Below, in pieces: positions 39,591 to 52,907 of a stretch of DNA of 64,000 nt. The notes under the pieces are model-generated. The model was given only the letters and a program-made list of their open reading frames with translations, did no database searches and was not told where the DNA came from. The translations under genes and the position numbers were made by a program. Each line of letters begins with the position of its first letter. Position 1 is the first letter of the stretch. The stretch is from the human T2T-CHM13v2.0 reference genome, Homo sapiens: NCBI RefSeq assembly GCF_009914755.1, contig NC_060925.1; one strand, written 5' to 3'.

Positions 39591-41116
39591 GTTTCCTCAG
39601 GTCCTTGGTGGATGCTGGGAGTCGCAGGGAAGCGGGGCTGGGCACCTTCCATCTTAGGAACCGGTAGCGTCTCTGAAGTGCTGGGCTGGCGCCTGAGTGA
39701 GCTGAGTGGAGGGAATGGGTCCCTTTCCCTGGTAGGTGCTGCCCTGTGGAGCTGCCCCAGCCACTGTCCCTTCCTGGCTCCTCTTCCCCCTCCAGCCTCC
39801 TACCCTGACCCTTCTGGGGAATCTGCGTCACTGACCAGGTAACTGGCAGATACCGCTCTGCAGGCCCGCCCAGGTGGCTCCTGCCAGAATTCCCTGGAGG
39901 TGACCTGCACAGCTGACAGGACAAGGGTCCCACCCAAGGCCATCATGAGCATGAGGACTGGGCGGGCGGAGGCGGGCGTCTGAGGGTATGTGGGTTGGGG
40001 GCCTGCAGAGGGGACTGATTTCTGAGCCCTTGGAACCAGTGCGGCTGCCTCTTAGTGAACTCGGGACAGGCAGCAGCTGGGAAGGCCAGAGGCCTGGAAT
40101 TTACTCTTAAGCAGGGTTTATAGAATAAGGGCTGGGGTGGCTCAACACCTCCAAGGCCTCTCCTCCTCTTCCCTCCCATCTGGGGCAAATGGTGAGCTTC
40201 TGTCCCCTTCTCTCTCCCAGTGACTGGTAGGGGGAGGCAGGAAGGGGAGAAAGACCTCTGGTCTCCGGGGCCCCGGGCTGTCCTGCCCTTGCCCAGAGCT
40301 GCTCTCAAGGCGGCTATAGCCAGACAGATTCCTCAGCAGCCCTCTGCGCTGAAGGCTGTCATTATCCGTGGTCACAGTGGAGAAAACCGTAGCTCAAAGG
40401 AGTTAAGTAACTCACCCCACGCCACCCACTGTGAAACAGGATTTGAACCCAGAGCCTTGGCCCTTTGCAGAGGCACCCCTAAGCCCCCAGGCACGGTGGG
40501 GTCGTCTGAGCTTTGAGGGTTCCACTCTCCTCACATGCAACCCCACGCCCCGCGTTCATCCCCACCCAGCCAGCCTTCTCCTGCTTCGTCTCCTCCAATG
40601 TCCACAACAGCCCCGTCCATCCAGCACCACACGGACAGCCGGCTATGGGCTGGGGTGGTGATCCAACAGAGAATGAAGCAGATGTAATCCTACTTCAAGG
40701 AACCCACATTCCAGTGGGGGAAGACAGAGAAGGAACCAGAAAACAGTCAGTCACAAATGACAGTAAGTGGGATAAAGAATAAACAAGAAAACCTCATTTG
40801 CATCGGGGAATTGACAAGGTAGCCATATCATAATTTTAAAGATAAGGAAACTGCAGTTCAGAGAGGCTAAGCAACTCGTCTGAGGTCACACAGCAACTGA
40901 ATAATGGAGCTGGGATTTGAACCAAGGTCATGTCCAGCTCCACAGGCTGTGGGGATTGCACCACCACTCACTGTCCTGTAAGAGAAAGCACATCTCCTCT
41001 CTTCAAGGGGTCCTGTGGGGATTAAGCTGGCAGAAGCTGGCACCCACTAACTAACTGCTCAGTACCCACTCCCTGTTGGTATTTCCCGTGGGGAGGAAAA
41101 GCTGAGAAAATCATAG

Positions 41117-41185
41117 CACTGCCTCTGATACACCCTCTTCACTGCCTCTGATACACCCTCTTCACTGCCTCTGATACACCCTCTT
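41117..41185. repeat. Three perfect copies of the 23-bp unit cactgcctctgatacaccctctt
   Basis: Copies at 41117, 41140 and 41163. Confidence 0.95.
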
Positions 41186-41276
41186 CTGCAGGCTTTAAAA
41201 TGATAAGTGACACGACATGGAAAAATGCTCAGGAGTCTAATGTTCAGACAAAAGGGGTGCAGCACTATTTGAATAA

Positions 41277-41534
<258 letters not shown>

Positions 41535-41875
41535 TGATTCTCCCACCTCAGCCTCCCAAAGTGCTGGGATTACAGGCATAAGCCACCAGGTCACTGGAAG
41601 TCAACAGGCTACACAGAGATGGGTGTCTCAGGCAGGATCACAGCTGACTGTCGTTTGCTTCTTTATATTTGTATAAGCAAAAAATATCTCTAAAGAACAA
41701 GTATTGTTATTTATGATCTTAAAAATAGAAGGTGGGGCTGGGTGTGGTGGCTTAGGAGGCTGAGGTGGGAGGATTGCTTGAGCCCAGGGGACAGAGGCTG
41801 CAGTGAGCCAAGATCTCACCACTGCACTCCAGCCTGGATGACAGAGAGAGAGCCGGTCTCAAAAAAACAAAAACC

Positions 41876-41907
<32 letters not shown>

Positions 41908-43480
41908 ACAACAGAAGGTAGAGTAAAAGCTTCCCCATGGATCACTCTCCAAATAGATTCTTTACACACAGGTAATGTCACTCAGCCCTTTGGGTCCAAC
42001 CCCTTGTCCCCCAGCCCCCGAGTGGTGCTCTTCGGGGGCCCTCATCCATTGGCAAGTGACTGTCTATTCACATCTCTCTTCCTGTTGTTGAGTGAGTGAG
42101 GGAGGGAGCCTGCCGGGGATCCACAGCTCCCAGTTTCCACTCACTCATTACACAGTGCTCTTGGCCCTGCATGTGCTGTCACGGCCATTTGGGGTCTATA
42201 TCCTGTCTCTTAGAGGACAGGGACTAAATCTCTCAAATTCAGGTTTCTCCTGTGTCCCTACCTGGTGCCCGGCCCGGGCTGTTTTTCTCTGTTTCAAATG
42301 CCAGGGCTACTTATGGACTCCTATTCAACCTGCAAAACCCTACTTGAATGCTCCCTCAGTTCTGAAGCCTCCCTGGCTGCTCCTTCCAGCCTCCCCACAA
42401 CAACAACAGCACCACCACTATATAATGGCTAAATCTGTTGAGCAGTTGCCATGGGCCAGACACTGTGCTGAGTACATGGATATGTTTTCTTCTTTAATCC
42501 TCACAACCCCTCGAGGTGGGTATGTTTACCTTCTGCATTTAATAGGTAAGCCGCAGACAGACAGTGACTCACCCAAGGTCATGCAGCTCATAAGAGCAGA
42601 TCTGCCTGACTCAGGATACCCATTCCTCACTGCTAACACTAGTCTTTTTTCAACCTCCACTAGTGCACAGATGTGAGCATGCTGACTGGTGAACACCCCT
42701 GCCTCTCCCATGAGCGTGCAAGGTCCTCCAGGGAATCTTATTCATCTCGTAACCCCAGCATCCAGCATGGGCCAGGCACAAGAGTAAAAGCTCAGCTAAC
42801 ATCATCACAAGACACCAGCCCCAGGAGGATACCGAGTGCCCCTTCTCTACCCAGCCTTGCCTTCCTAGCCCAGAGGGGCTTGCACTAATGCTGGACTTGG
42901 CTTTCATTCCTGGAGTTCAGCTGCAGCGCACCCTCCCACCGGCGACATGAGCTGGGTGGTCTCTGGGTGCGTCCCAGGAGGAGCATCTGTTTATAATTGG
43001 CAGCCCCTGAAAGATCTGAGACCCTGGGCAGGTCTTTGGCAGGCCAGCTCATGTCCCATGGGCCCCATGTTTTGGAGCTGGATCGGTGCTGACTTGGCTT
43101 CTCAGAGGGAAAGAAAATACCCGCCAGAGACCCCAAACCACAGCAGGCTGGGCGGTGGGGTGGGAAGGTCACAGCGTGGAGGGTGCACAGCTCTCTGCTC
43201 CTGGCCCCTCCAGTAGGAGGCTGTTAATAAAAATCCATCCCTGTGGTCAGATGAGAATGAGCAGGCAAGCAACATCTAGCTTTTAAGACATTAAGGTTAG
43301 AATGGGGTGCTAGATAGCAGAGGGTGAGTGTGAGCGTGGCATAGGTTACTACTAGAATTTCCCCCTTTCACAACCCTGTCTATTTCCAAAAGGAGAGACC
43401 CTTTCTCGAGTAGAGCAGCTTAGAACATGGGCTCTGGAGCCAGACTGCCTGGGTTCAATTCTTTAACAGTTATGAATTAA

Positions 43481-43759
<279 letters not shown>

Positions 43760-44488
43760 TGAATTACAGGTGTGAGCCACCGTGCCCAGCCTAAAACACC
43801 CACTTTGAAGAGTAGTTGGGAGGATTAAGAAAGGGCACAATAAATGCCAGCTGTGGGCTGGATATGTTGGCTCACGCCTATATTCCCAGCACTTTGGGAG
43901 GCCGAGGTGGGGGAATTACTTGAGGCCAGGAGTTCAAGATCAGCCTGGGCAACATAGCAAGACTCTGTCTCTGTTTTGTAAAAAGCTAGCTGTCATTATT
44001 ATTATTATTATTATTATTATTAGCACAGCAACAGAAATAGATCCCCCTTTGCAGTAGAAGATCCACATACCCTGTTGGGGAAACAGTTGCCCGGAAGACC
44101 CCATCTGGTCTCCACCTCCATCTGACTACCCTAGGCACAGCCTTGACTGGGGCAAAACCACAGAATCTTGCTATTTCTTGATTCCATCCTTCCACCTTAC
44201 TTAGAAGGCCCTCCTTCTTCTACGTCCCCAAGCCTGAGAAGGTAGAGACCAGCTGTCAAAACTGTCCACCTGCAGAGCAAGCTGCGGGGGGATTTCTTAG
44301 GGAGGAGAGGTTTTCAAGCAGAGCCCCAAGGAACTCTGGGGGTTCTGGTGAGGAGCCTCTGGAGGTGCTGAGGGTGGGGTGGGGAGCAAGCAGATATCAT
44401 TCCAGGCTTCTCCTCACTCCTGCCCCAGTCACCCAGAGTGGTGACACTTTAGGTTTCTAGAATAGTCATTTCTTTTGCTTTGAGATGA

Positions 44489-44905
<417 letters not shown>

Positions 44906-46394
44906 TAGCTGTCACCCATTGAGAGTGCTGGCCTGTCACTCGGGCACACCCAACAAGCCTACCAGCCCTTCTGCTTCCAGTGCAGATCCACACTGATCAC
45001 ACTGATCAAAACTGATCCACAATGATCAGGTACCGACTTCCAGCATCTCCTTCCCAGACTTTCTAATCCCTTCCACCTTTTTTTCTGGGAGGCCTGTTTT
45101 CCAGACTCTACACAATCCAGTCTGCATGCTGTCAGGTAAAAGGATGGGGACAGAGAGATCGTGCGATTCTGTGGTTTTGTCCCACTCAAGGCTGTTTCTA
45201 GGGGAGGAGACAGACATAGAGCTTCGGGTTTTCCAGGCAACCATTACCCCAGCAGGGTTCTGGATCTTCCATCAGCAAGGGGGATCTATATCTGTTGCTG
45301 TACTAATAAAAATAGTAACAGCTAGCATTTATTGGTGTAGCCCTAGGTCGTTACAGGTGCCCCACGGCTGACCCCAGGAGGTCAGAGGTGACAGAAGCCA
45401 CTGGGCCTGTCAGGGACTTCGGCTAGGTCCTTATGTGTCCTTCCTGTTCCTGCACTGCTGGGCTGCTGAAGCCTAGGCAGGTCTCTCCCACGTAGCCCTG
45501 CAAAACAGGCTTTCCCTGGCTCCAGGCCCCTGTTTTGGCCTGCCGAGAATGTTTTGGCTACCGCTGGCTCAGCTGTTGGGGAGGATTGTGATGAAGCTCC
45601 TCAAATTAGATCAGCCAGTGGTGTCGCCCTCCCACAAGTCCCTGACCGCAACCTGGAGCAGGGCAGAGACTTCCTCCAGGCGGACGTCCAGCCTGGAACT
45701 GGCCCGCTTGGGAGGCACAGGAATGACAGTAGCTCTGACATGCACGTGGGGCTCACTAGCTGGCCACACTGCCTCAGCATGGGTGCCGTGGGGCGTCTAG
45801 TCCTCTGTCAGCTCAGAAGGGCTCATACCCGAGAAAACTGATACACGAAGGGGCTATGTAATTCCAAGCGGTAAGCGGTAGAGCTGGGACCTCAACTTAT
45901 GCAATCTGTGCCCTTGGCCACTGACTTTACCTGCGGGAGCAAAATGACCCCACGAAACAACATATTCATTCAGTGCACAGGTACAGTGAGCTGATGCCAT
46001 GTCCAAGGACTGGACAGAAAGGTGTCCACCTCCCAGGGAATGAGGGAAAGGTGCGGTCATCATTCGGTCTTGATGACCAAGTGGTTATGAAAGGCATGGC
46101 AGAGATGTTCCTTGCCCCTCTGCGAGGACACTGGGGCTCTGATGGGGCTCAGGTGGGAGGACAGGTGAGGACAGAAGCTGTTCTGAGCATGGGTCAGCAC
46201 AGTGCCCAGGGCTGGTGTTTGCTGTGAGGGGGTATGGGGTTTGCCTGGAGCACCCTTGCTCTCCAAGTGGGCGGGGTGGGACTGTGACAAGCACTCACCG
46301 CCACCACAGTGAACAATCTGTGGACCTTTACTGCAGGCTGGATCCTGCTCTGGGCTCTTAGACTGAATCCTCTCGGCTGCCCGGATGTGGTACA

Positions 46395-46859
46395 GTCGGC
46401 TGATTAGTGTCCCCTGAGAAGCTGAGTCCAAGTCCTAACCCTTGGTACCTGTGAATGTGACCTTATGCTGAAAGAGGGTCTTTGGAATTGAGTAGCTGTA
46501 ATTGAGTTGGGGATCTCAAAGTGAGATCACCCTGGGTTAGGGTGGGCTCTGAGTCTAAGGACTAGTGTCCTCATGAGAGACAGAAGAAAGACATACACAG
46601 AGGAGAGGAAGGCCGCGTGAAGATGGAAGCAGAGACGGCAGTGAGGCGGCCACAAGCCACGCGATGCCAGGAGCTGCCAAGAGCCACCAGGAGCTGAAAG
46701 AGACAAGGAAGGATCCTTCCCTAGAGCCCGGGAGGGAGTGGGGCCCTGCTGACACCTGGAGTTTGGACTTCTGGTACCCAGAAATGTGAGAGCAGCTTTG
46801 GTGTTTTGGGCCACACAGCTGGTGGTCATTTGTTGTGCCATTGACAGGAAACTAACACA
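46395..46859 (+). mobile_element. MLT1 (ERVL-MaLR) solo LTR
   Basis: MLT1 hallmarks (gtacctgtgaatgtgaccttat, gaagatggaagcagag, ggaaactaacaca end). Confidence 0.8.
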
Positions 46860-49329
46860 AATGGGCTCCATTATCCTCATTCAATAGAGGAGGCCAAGCG
46901 AGGCCCAGCCCCAGGCTCCCGAGGCTGGGAAGTGACGGAGGCTGCTTCCCCTCCACACCACTCCCTGTTTTCAGATGCCAAGCTCTTTTTAACCTCCGAA
47001 GGCTCTTCACTGTCCCACATTAAGTGTTTTCTCTCACTGTATGCCCACTCCACCACGCACCCTGTCAGCCTGACCTCTGAAATCCAGAGGCTTCTCACCA
47101 CTTCTCGCCACCTCCACGGCGCCTTGGGGCCCTGCCTCAGCGCCCTTCACCTGGAGCACAAGTGGACCCCTCACCTGGTCCCAAAAGGTCACTTGGCTGC
47201 TACCTTTGCCCCAGGGCCCCTGCCTCAGTCTGTTCTCAACACAACAGCCAGAGATCCTTCTAGAATGTGTCAGACCACATCACCCTGCTTATGACTACTG
47301 ATGGCTGCCCATCTCACAGACTGGAATCTAGTGTTTACTGGGATCGCAGGCCCTTCCTGGTCTGCCCCATCCCTCGTCTCAGCTACTCCCTCCTAGGTCT
47401 CGGCCCTGCAGAAGCACTGGCCCCCTCTACCTTAGGGCCTTTGTACTGGCTGCTCTCTGTTCTCTTTTCCCAAGTATCCCTCTCCTTGTAGGGCACCCTC
47501 TTTTCTTTTTAAAAAATTATTATGATTATTATTATTTGTAGAGACGGGGGTATCACATTGTTGCCCAGGCTGGTCTTGAACTCCTGGCTTCAAGTGATCC
47601 TCCTGCCTCAGTCTCCCAAAGTGCTGGGATTACAGGAGTGAGGTACCACACCTGGCCACCTTCTCACAGGTTCTGCTCAAGTGTCTCTTTACCCAAGAGG
47701 TCTTCATGTAAAATGCCCCAACCCCACAAACACCAGCTCTGATTTGATTTACAAATCTACCCTTCTTTGATTTCCTCCTTCCCAGTTGCTGAGACAGGCA
47801 TGTCTCCCCCTGTGATGAGCACCTAGTGTTCCTGAGGACACTCCTTCAAATGCTAAAACCACGCCCTGCCAAGAGCCAGTACGTGACAACTGGGCAGTCT
47901 CCACCTCATCCCTGGGTGTGATTCTTGCGAAACTTTTTGGTTCTGGGACCACTCAGAAAACTCTCCAGGGAAACGATCACAAAAGCTGACTCTGGGCAGG
48001 CAGAACACTGCTCACTCCCAGCCAGAAACCCACGGGCTGATGTTTCTTTTCACAAACATCCCCAGCCTACAAGACTGGCCAGGGGCTCCACCTCCATCTG
48101 ACTGCCCAGGGCCGCACTTGGCAAAACACGGAGGCAGAGAAACTCAGGCTAGAGTTCATGGCTGACACCTCACAATCTTTGCCCTTTTCCCCCACTGGAC
48201 CTCTTGCTGGAAAGTGCTGGGTGACCTTGGGGTGGGGGTGCCAAGGAGAGGAGGGAGGAGCCAGCATCTACAGACCACCCTTCCCTCACAGCACACATCT
48301 CCAGATTACTGTCCACCGGGGTGGGATTCAAATTTGGACAGTCTAAGTAACTCATGCAGGCTGCACTACTAGAAGTTTCAAAGCAAGGCTCGGACTCCAA
48401 AGGGAAGCTCTTTTAACAACCCTGTCCTGCCTCATTCATTCATTCAAGGACTATTTGTGGAATTGTGTGCACCAGGCACTTTGGAGGCCCTGGGATCCAG
48501 CGGGGAATACATTTATCTCACTTGCGGAGTTTGCTTGTGTGTAAGTCCGGGGACAATGAGCATGAACACTTGTTCACGTGAACGAATGACTGTATAGTAA
48601 GTAGTTTTCTAGCCACTAGAAAGTGCTAGATGTGCATGGGAGGAACACATAGCTTTGTAGGGGGTTGGAGGGAGTGATTATGGGGTGGGAGTGGTATTCA
48701 GATGGTGGGGGAAAGGTGCAGGGAAGTCCTCTTGGTTAAAGTAACATTTTGGAAGAGACCTGAGGGAAGTGAAGGAGGGAGCGATACAGACGCGTGGAGG
48801 AAGAGCATCCCTGGTGGAGGGAACAGTTGGTGCAAAGGCCCTGGGGTGGGAATGAGCTTCCCCAGCACGGAGACCAGTGTGGAAGAGCAAGCGGGAGACA
48901 CCAGCCACAGCAGGACTTTGAATTCTTTTCTGAGATGGGGTAGATTGGGAGGTTGTAAGGAGAAAAAAGACAGCCTCTGACATGAAGCTGGAAGGGGCTG
49001 GGCTGGGATGCTTAGGTGATGGGAGAAGAGGGATTCTGGACGGTTGCAGAGCTGGGTGCTGGAGAAAGTGAGCTTCCCAGAGGACACCAGAGCGTTTGGC
49101 CTGAGAAAATGGAAGAATGAGGTTGCCGTTCCCTGAGCCCCAGCGCCTCCCTCTCCAGGAGGGTTGGCTCTGGCAAGCCCCAGGTGTGCAGGAAGAGAAT
49201 CCCAGGTCCCTTCAGCTTCCAGAACAATTGGTTTACGCAGAGGGAGGGGAGGGGAGGCGGTGAGCGAGAAAGCAGTTCCAGGTGGCAAAGGCAGCTCCGG
49301 GGGAAGAGGCTGCCCCAGCGCCTGGGACC

Positions 49330-50710
49330 CACCTAGCGCAGCGCGGGTGAGCCCAGTTTCCAATAACAAAGTGCCCGGGCCGTCCCAACCCTGGCCCTGA
49401 CAGCTAACGAGCTGCAGCCGGCTCGGTGCGCGGCCGGGAGGCCAGCCTGGCTCACATGATGGCGTGAGGGGGTGGCAGGAGGAGCCGCCAAGCCTCAGCG
49501 GGTCGGGCAGGAGGCTCCAGGAAGTCTTTCTGAAAGTGGGCCCAGGGGCGGGCGCGGGGCGGGGCCGCGGGGGTCCCGGGAGGGGCTGGGCGGGGCTGCA
49601 GTGCCGGGTGGGGATCGGGCTGGGATCCCAAGCGGCGGATGGGAAAGGGGTGGAAAGGGGATGGGGAGGGGCGGGAGATAGATGGGGAGGGGGCGGGGCG
49701 AGGCTGGGGTCCTGGGTGCAGACTGGAGGGCGACTGGGTGGAGCGGGTGAGGAGGGGGCCAGGTGGTGTCCCGGGAGCAGATAGGGAGGGCTTTGCGGGG
49801 AAAGCGGGGAAACAGGTTGGGGTCCTGGGCCGGGCGGCGAAGGAAGGCCGAGGTGCGGTCAGGGTACAGATGGGGGGCGATGGGACAGGCTGGGGGCTGT
49901 GGAGAGGAGCTGGGTTGGGATCCCGGGTGCAGCTGGGGAGGGGACAGGGTAGGTGGCTGCAGAAGGGGGCTGGGTTGAGGTCTCAGGTGCAGACGAGGAG
50001 GGGCTGGGCGGAGGGGGTGAGGAGGGGAGCCGGGCTGGGGGCCGGGGCGCTGCTGGGGTCCCCCTCCCGCTCCGGGACCGTCCGCTCTTGCCCAGACCCG
50101 TCGGTAAACAGACGCCGTGATGTCACGGGCGCCGCTGACCTGTGGCTGAACCCGGAGCTGTAAATGAGATGCAAGGTGCCAGCAGCCTCCGGCCGCAGGG
50201 CCTACGAGCCACACGCGCTCCTCCGCCGGCCCGAGGTTACCCCAGCTGCACACACGGACAGGATGCTGCAAACGCCACCAGACATTGCAACACGCAGCCA
50301 GTCTGCTGGCCGCTGCGTGAACCGTCCCGGCAGCCCTCGCCGCCCCTCTGCGGGCACCCACCTCCCTGGAGCGGCCTCGCTCCCCTCGAGCACCCCTGGG
50401 GGCTGGCAGCTCCCACCCCTCCGGGGGCAGCCTCTCCTCTAGGGTCTCTGTCTCCGCTTCCCCGAGAAGCCTCTAAACCCGAGGGCTGGGCCTCCGGGGT
50501 CAGCTTCGGGTTTTCGTGGGAAGAGATTGGGGAGGTGCCTGCCTTTGCTCTGGGCTTTCTGGGAAGCTCATTACTTCTCCCTTGCAAAGCCTGGTTGGGG
50601 GGTTGCAGGGATGGCTTCCAGGTATAAAGAGGTATAAAAGTGTCCCGTTGGCCGCGCACCGCCCCTCCCTTCCGAAGCAGGGGGCCTGTTTATCCCGCGG
50701 AGCTGCCAGA
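49330..50710. promoter_or_regulatory. Intronic CpG island / candidate alternative promoter of DHRS3
   Basis: High GC and CpG density, several GGGGCGGGG Sp/KLF boxes (49545-49595, 49690), an ETS CAGGAAGT at about 49519, and a strong G skew on the plus strand. Confidence 0.75.
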
Positions 50711-51227
50711 GCAGCCCTGGACCGCACTAACTTGGCAGCCAGCGCTCAGAGCTGAGAGCCTGCACTGCCCTTTGGAATGAAAAGCAGCCTGGTTGGGGCC
50801 TCAAGGAATCTGCTCTGGAGTTGATTTGCTGTGTGACTTTTGGATGAGTCACTTGGCATCTCTGAGCTTCACCATCTCCATCTGGGGAAGTGGGGAAAAC
50901 TGAAACTGGCCTCCCTGTGCTGGTGTGGGGAAGGTCAAAAGTGCAAGAAAATGCTCACCAAACCGCAGGGCCGGCCAGAAGCCTCAGGTGCAGGGGGCCT
51001 GGCACGGGGAGAACTTGGAGACCCTCAGAGAAACCAAGGCTGCCCTTCTCCTCACCCACTGCCCCCCCAAACTGAGCCTCTGGGTTTATTGTGAGAAGCC
51101 GGGGTGACGAGGTCTTTGGGGATGAATAGTCCCCCCTGGCTCAAGGAGACCCCCATTGACTCCCCTACTTGGACCTCATTAACTAATGATCACCCTGCCT
51201 TGTGGGGGGTGGGGAACCTAGAAATGA

Positions 51228-51548
<321 letters not shown>

Positions 51549-51930
51549 TAGCGAGTACTCATGGAGTGCAACAAGGCACAGCTGAACTCCAGCCCTGATT
51601 CCAGCTTCTCCTTCACTGAATTTAATCTTTAACATCCTTCTGCCTCACATCCCTCTGCTTTCTTGTCTTTGCAGCACTTGGTCACTATCTGAAGTGATGG
51701 TGGTTATTTGTTTGCTTGGTTTTTGTCTATTTCTCCCATTCTCAAACACACACACTCTCTAGAATGTAGGCTCTCCAAGGAATTTCCAGGCCTGGCTTGG
51801 TAATTGGGTGCCCAGTGACTGTGTGAATGAATGAATGAAATAGTTTTGCCTCTTCTGTGAAACATTAGTAACTTCCCTTTGAGGGGAACTTGGGAGGAAT
51901 GAAGTTGACAACCTGTGTGCTATGGCTGTC

Positions 51931-52083
51931 GTTAGGACCAGCCACATCATTCGGAGGGTCCCTGGTTCAAAAATTGTAAAGAATTGCAAGATGGTGACAG
52001 CCGAGCCTCAAACCAAGTGTAGGGCGCTTCTGAGAGCAGGGCCAGTGAGAATCCCTGGGTCACACCCAGGAAGCCAGCCCCAG
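51931..52083 (-). mobile_element. MER45A-like hAT MITE
   Basis: Reverse complement resembles MER45 (gggctggcttcctgggtgtgacc...cttggtttgaggctc...aatttttgaacc). Confidence 0.6.
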
Positions 52084-52612
52084 CCATCGCACAGAGGGTG
52101 CCCAACAGGAACACCCAGTGGGACCTCGTGCCAAGTCACAAGCCTTCCACGCTCCCCCAGGCAGCAGGAAACACAAACACAGCTCTGGCAGAGCCACTCC
52201 AGGGAGAACGTATCACACATCCCCAGCAGACAGGTGACACCTGCCAAACTAAAAGTTGCCCGCACATCCAGTCTCTACATGTGCAGGGGCAGTGGACATG
52301 GCAGCGTATGAGCTGTAGGGGAAAGAGGAATAATAACAACAGGTAACCTGGGCAACATGGTGAAAGCCTGTCTCCACTAAAAATACAAAAGTTAGCCAGG
52401 CATGGTGGTGCGCGCCTGTAGTCCCGGCCACTGGGGAGGATCACGTGAGCCTGGGAGGTTGAGGCTGCAATAACCTGAGATCGCACCAATGCACTCCAGC
52501 CTGAGTGATGGAGTGAGACTCTGTCTCGGCAAGTAAAATAAAACAAAAAAAAATAACAACAGTACTCATCATAATTAGCATTTATTTAGGAGCTTCTCTG
52601 AGTTCAACAGTG

Positions 52613-52907
52613 AGGTTTACGGCCCCTTATCCTCCGTTCTAGAATCCAAAAAGCTCTAAAATCCTACATTTATTTTTGACACACGCGTTTAGAGCAAGCC
52701 CTAATTGGAACCATCATGAGGCTAGTTCTGGTCTCTTTATCCCACTGTGGTAACTATCACTGTGATTACGGGTGGCTGCCCTAGACCTTGCTGTGGGCAT
52801 CACTAGGTATATGGCCTATCTGCTGGATTGCATTTCTAAAGTCCAAAACATCAGACCTATGAGACACAGCTAGCCTTAAGGGTTTCAGATAAGGGTCTGT
52901 AGACTTG
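52613..52907. mobile_element. Tigger-family MITE (MER46C-like)
   Basis: Inverted ends ccccttatc...gataaggg and aatccaaaaagctct core. Confidence 0.55.

Noticed and set aside
39057-39657. C/V- and H/T-rich ORFs
   Set aside because: Translation of the (GT)n/(CA)n repeat.
49495-50659. 288-aa proline-rich ORF and neighbours
   Set aside because: By-product of the G-skewed CpG island.
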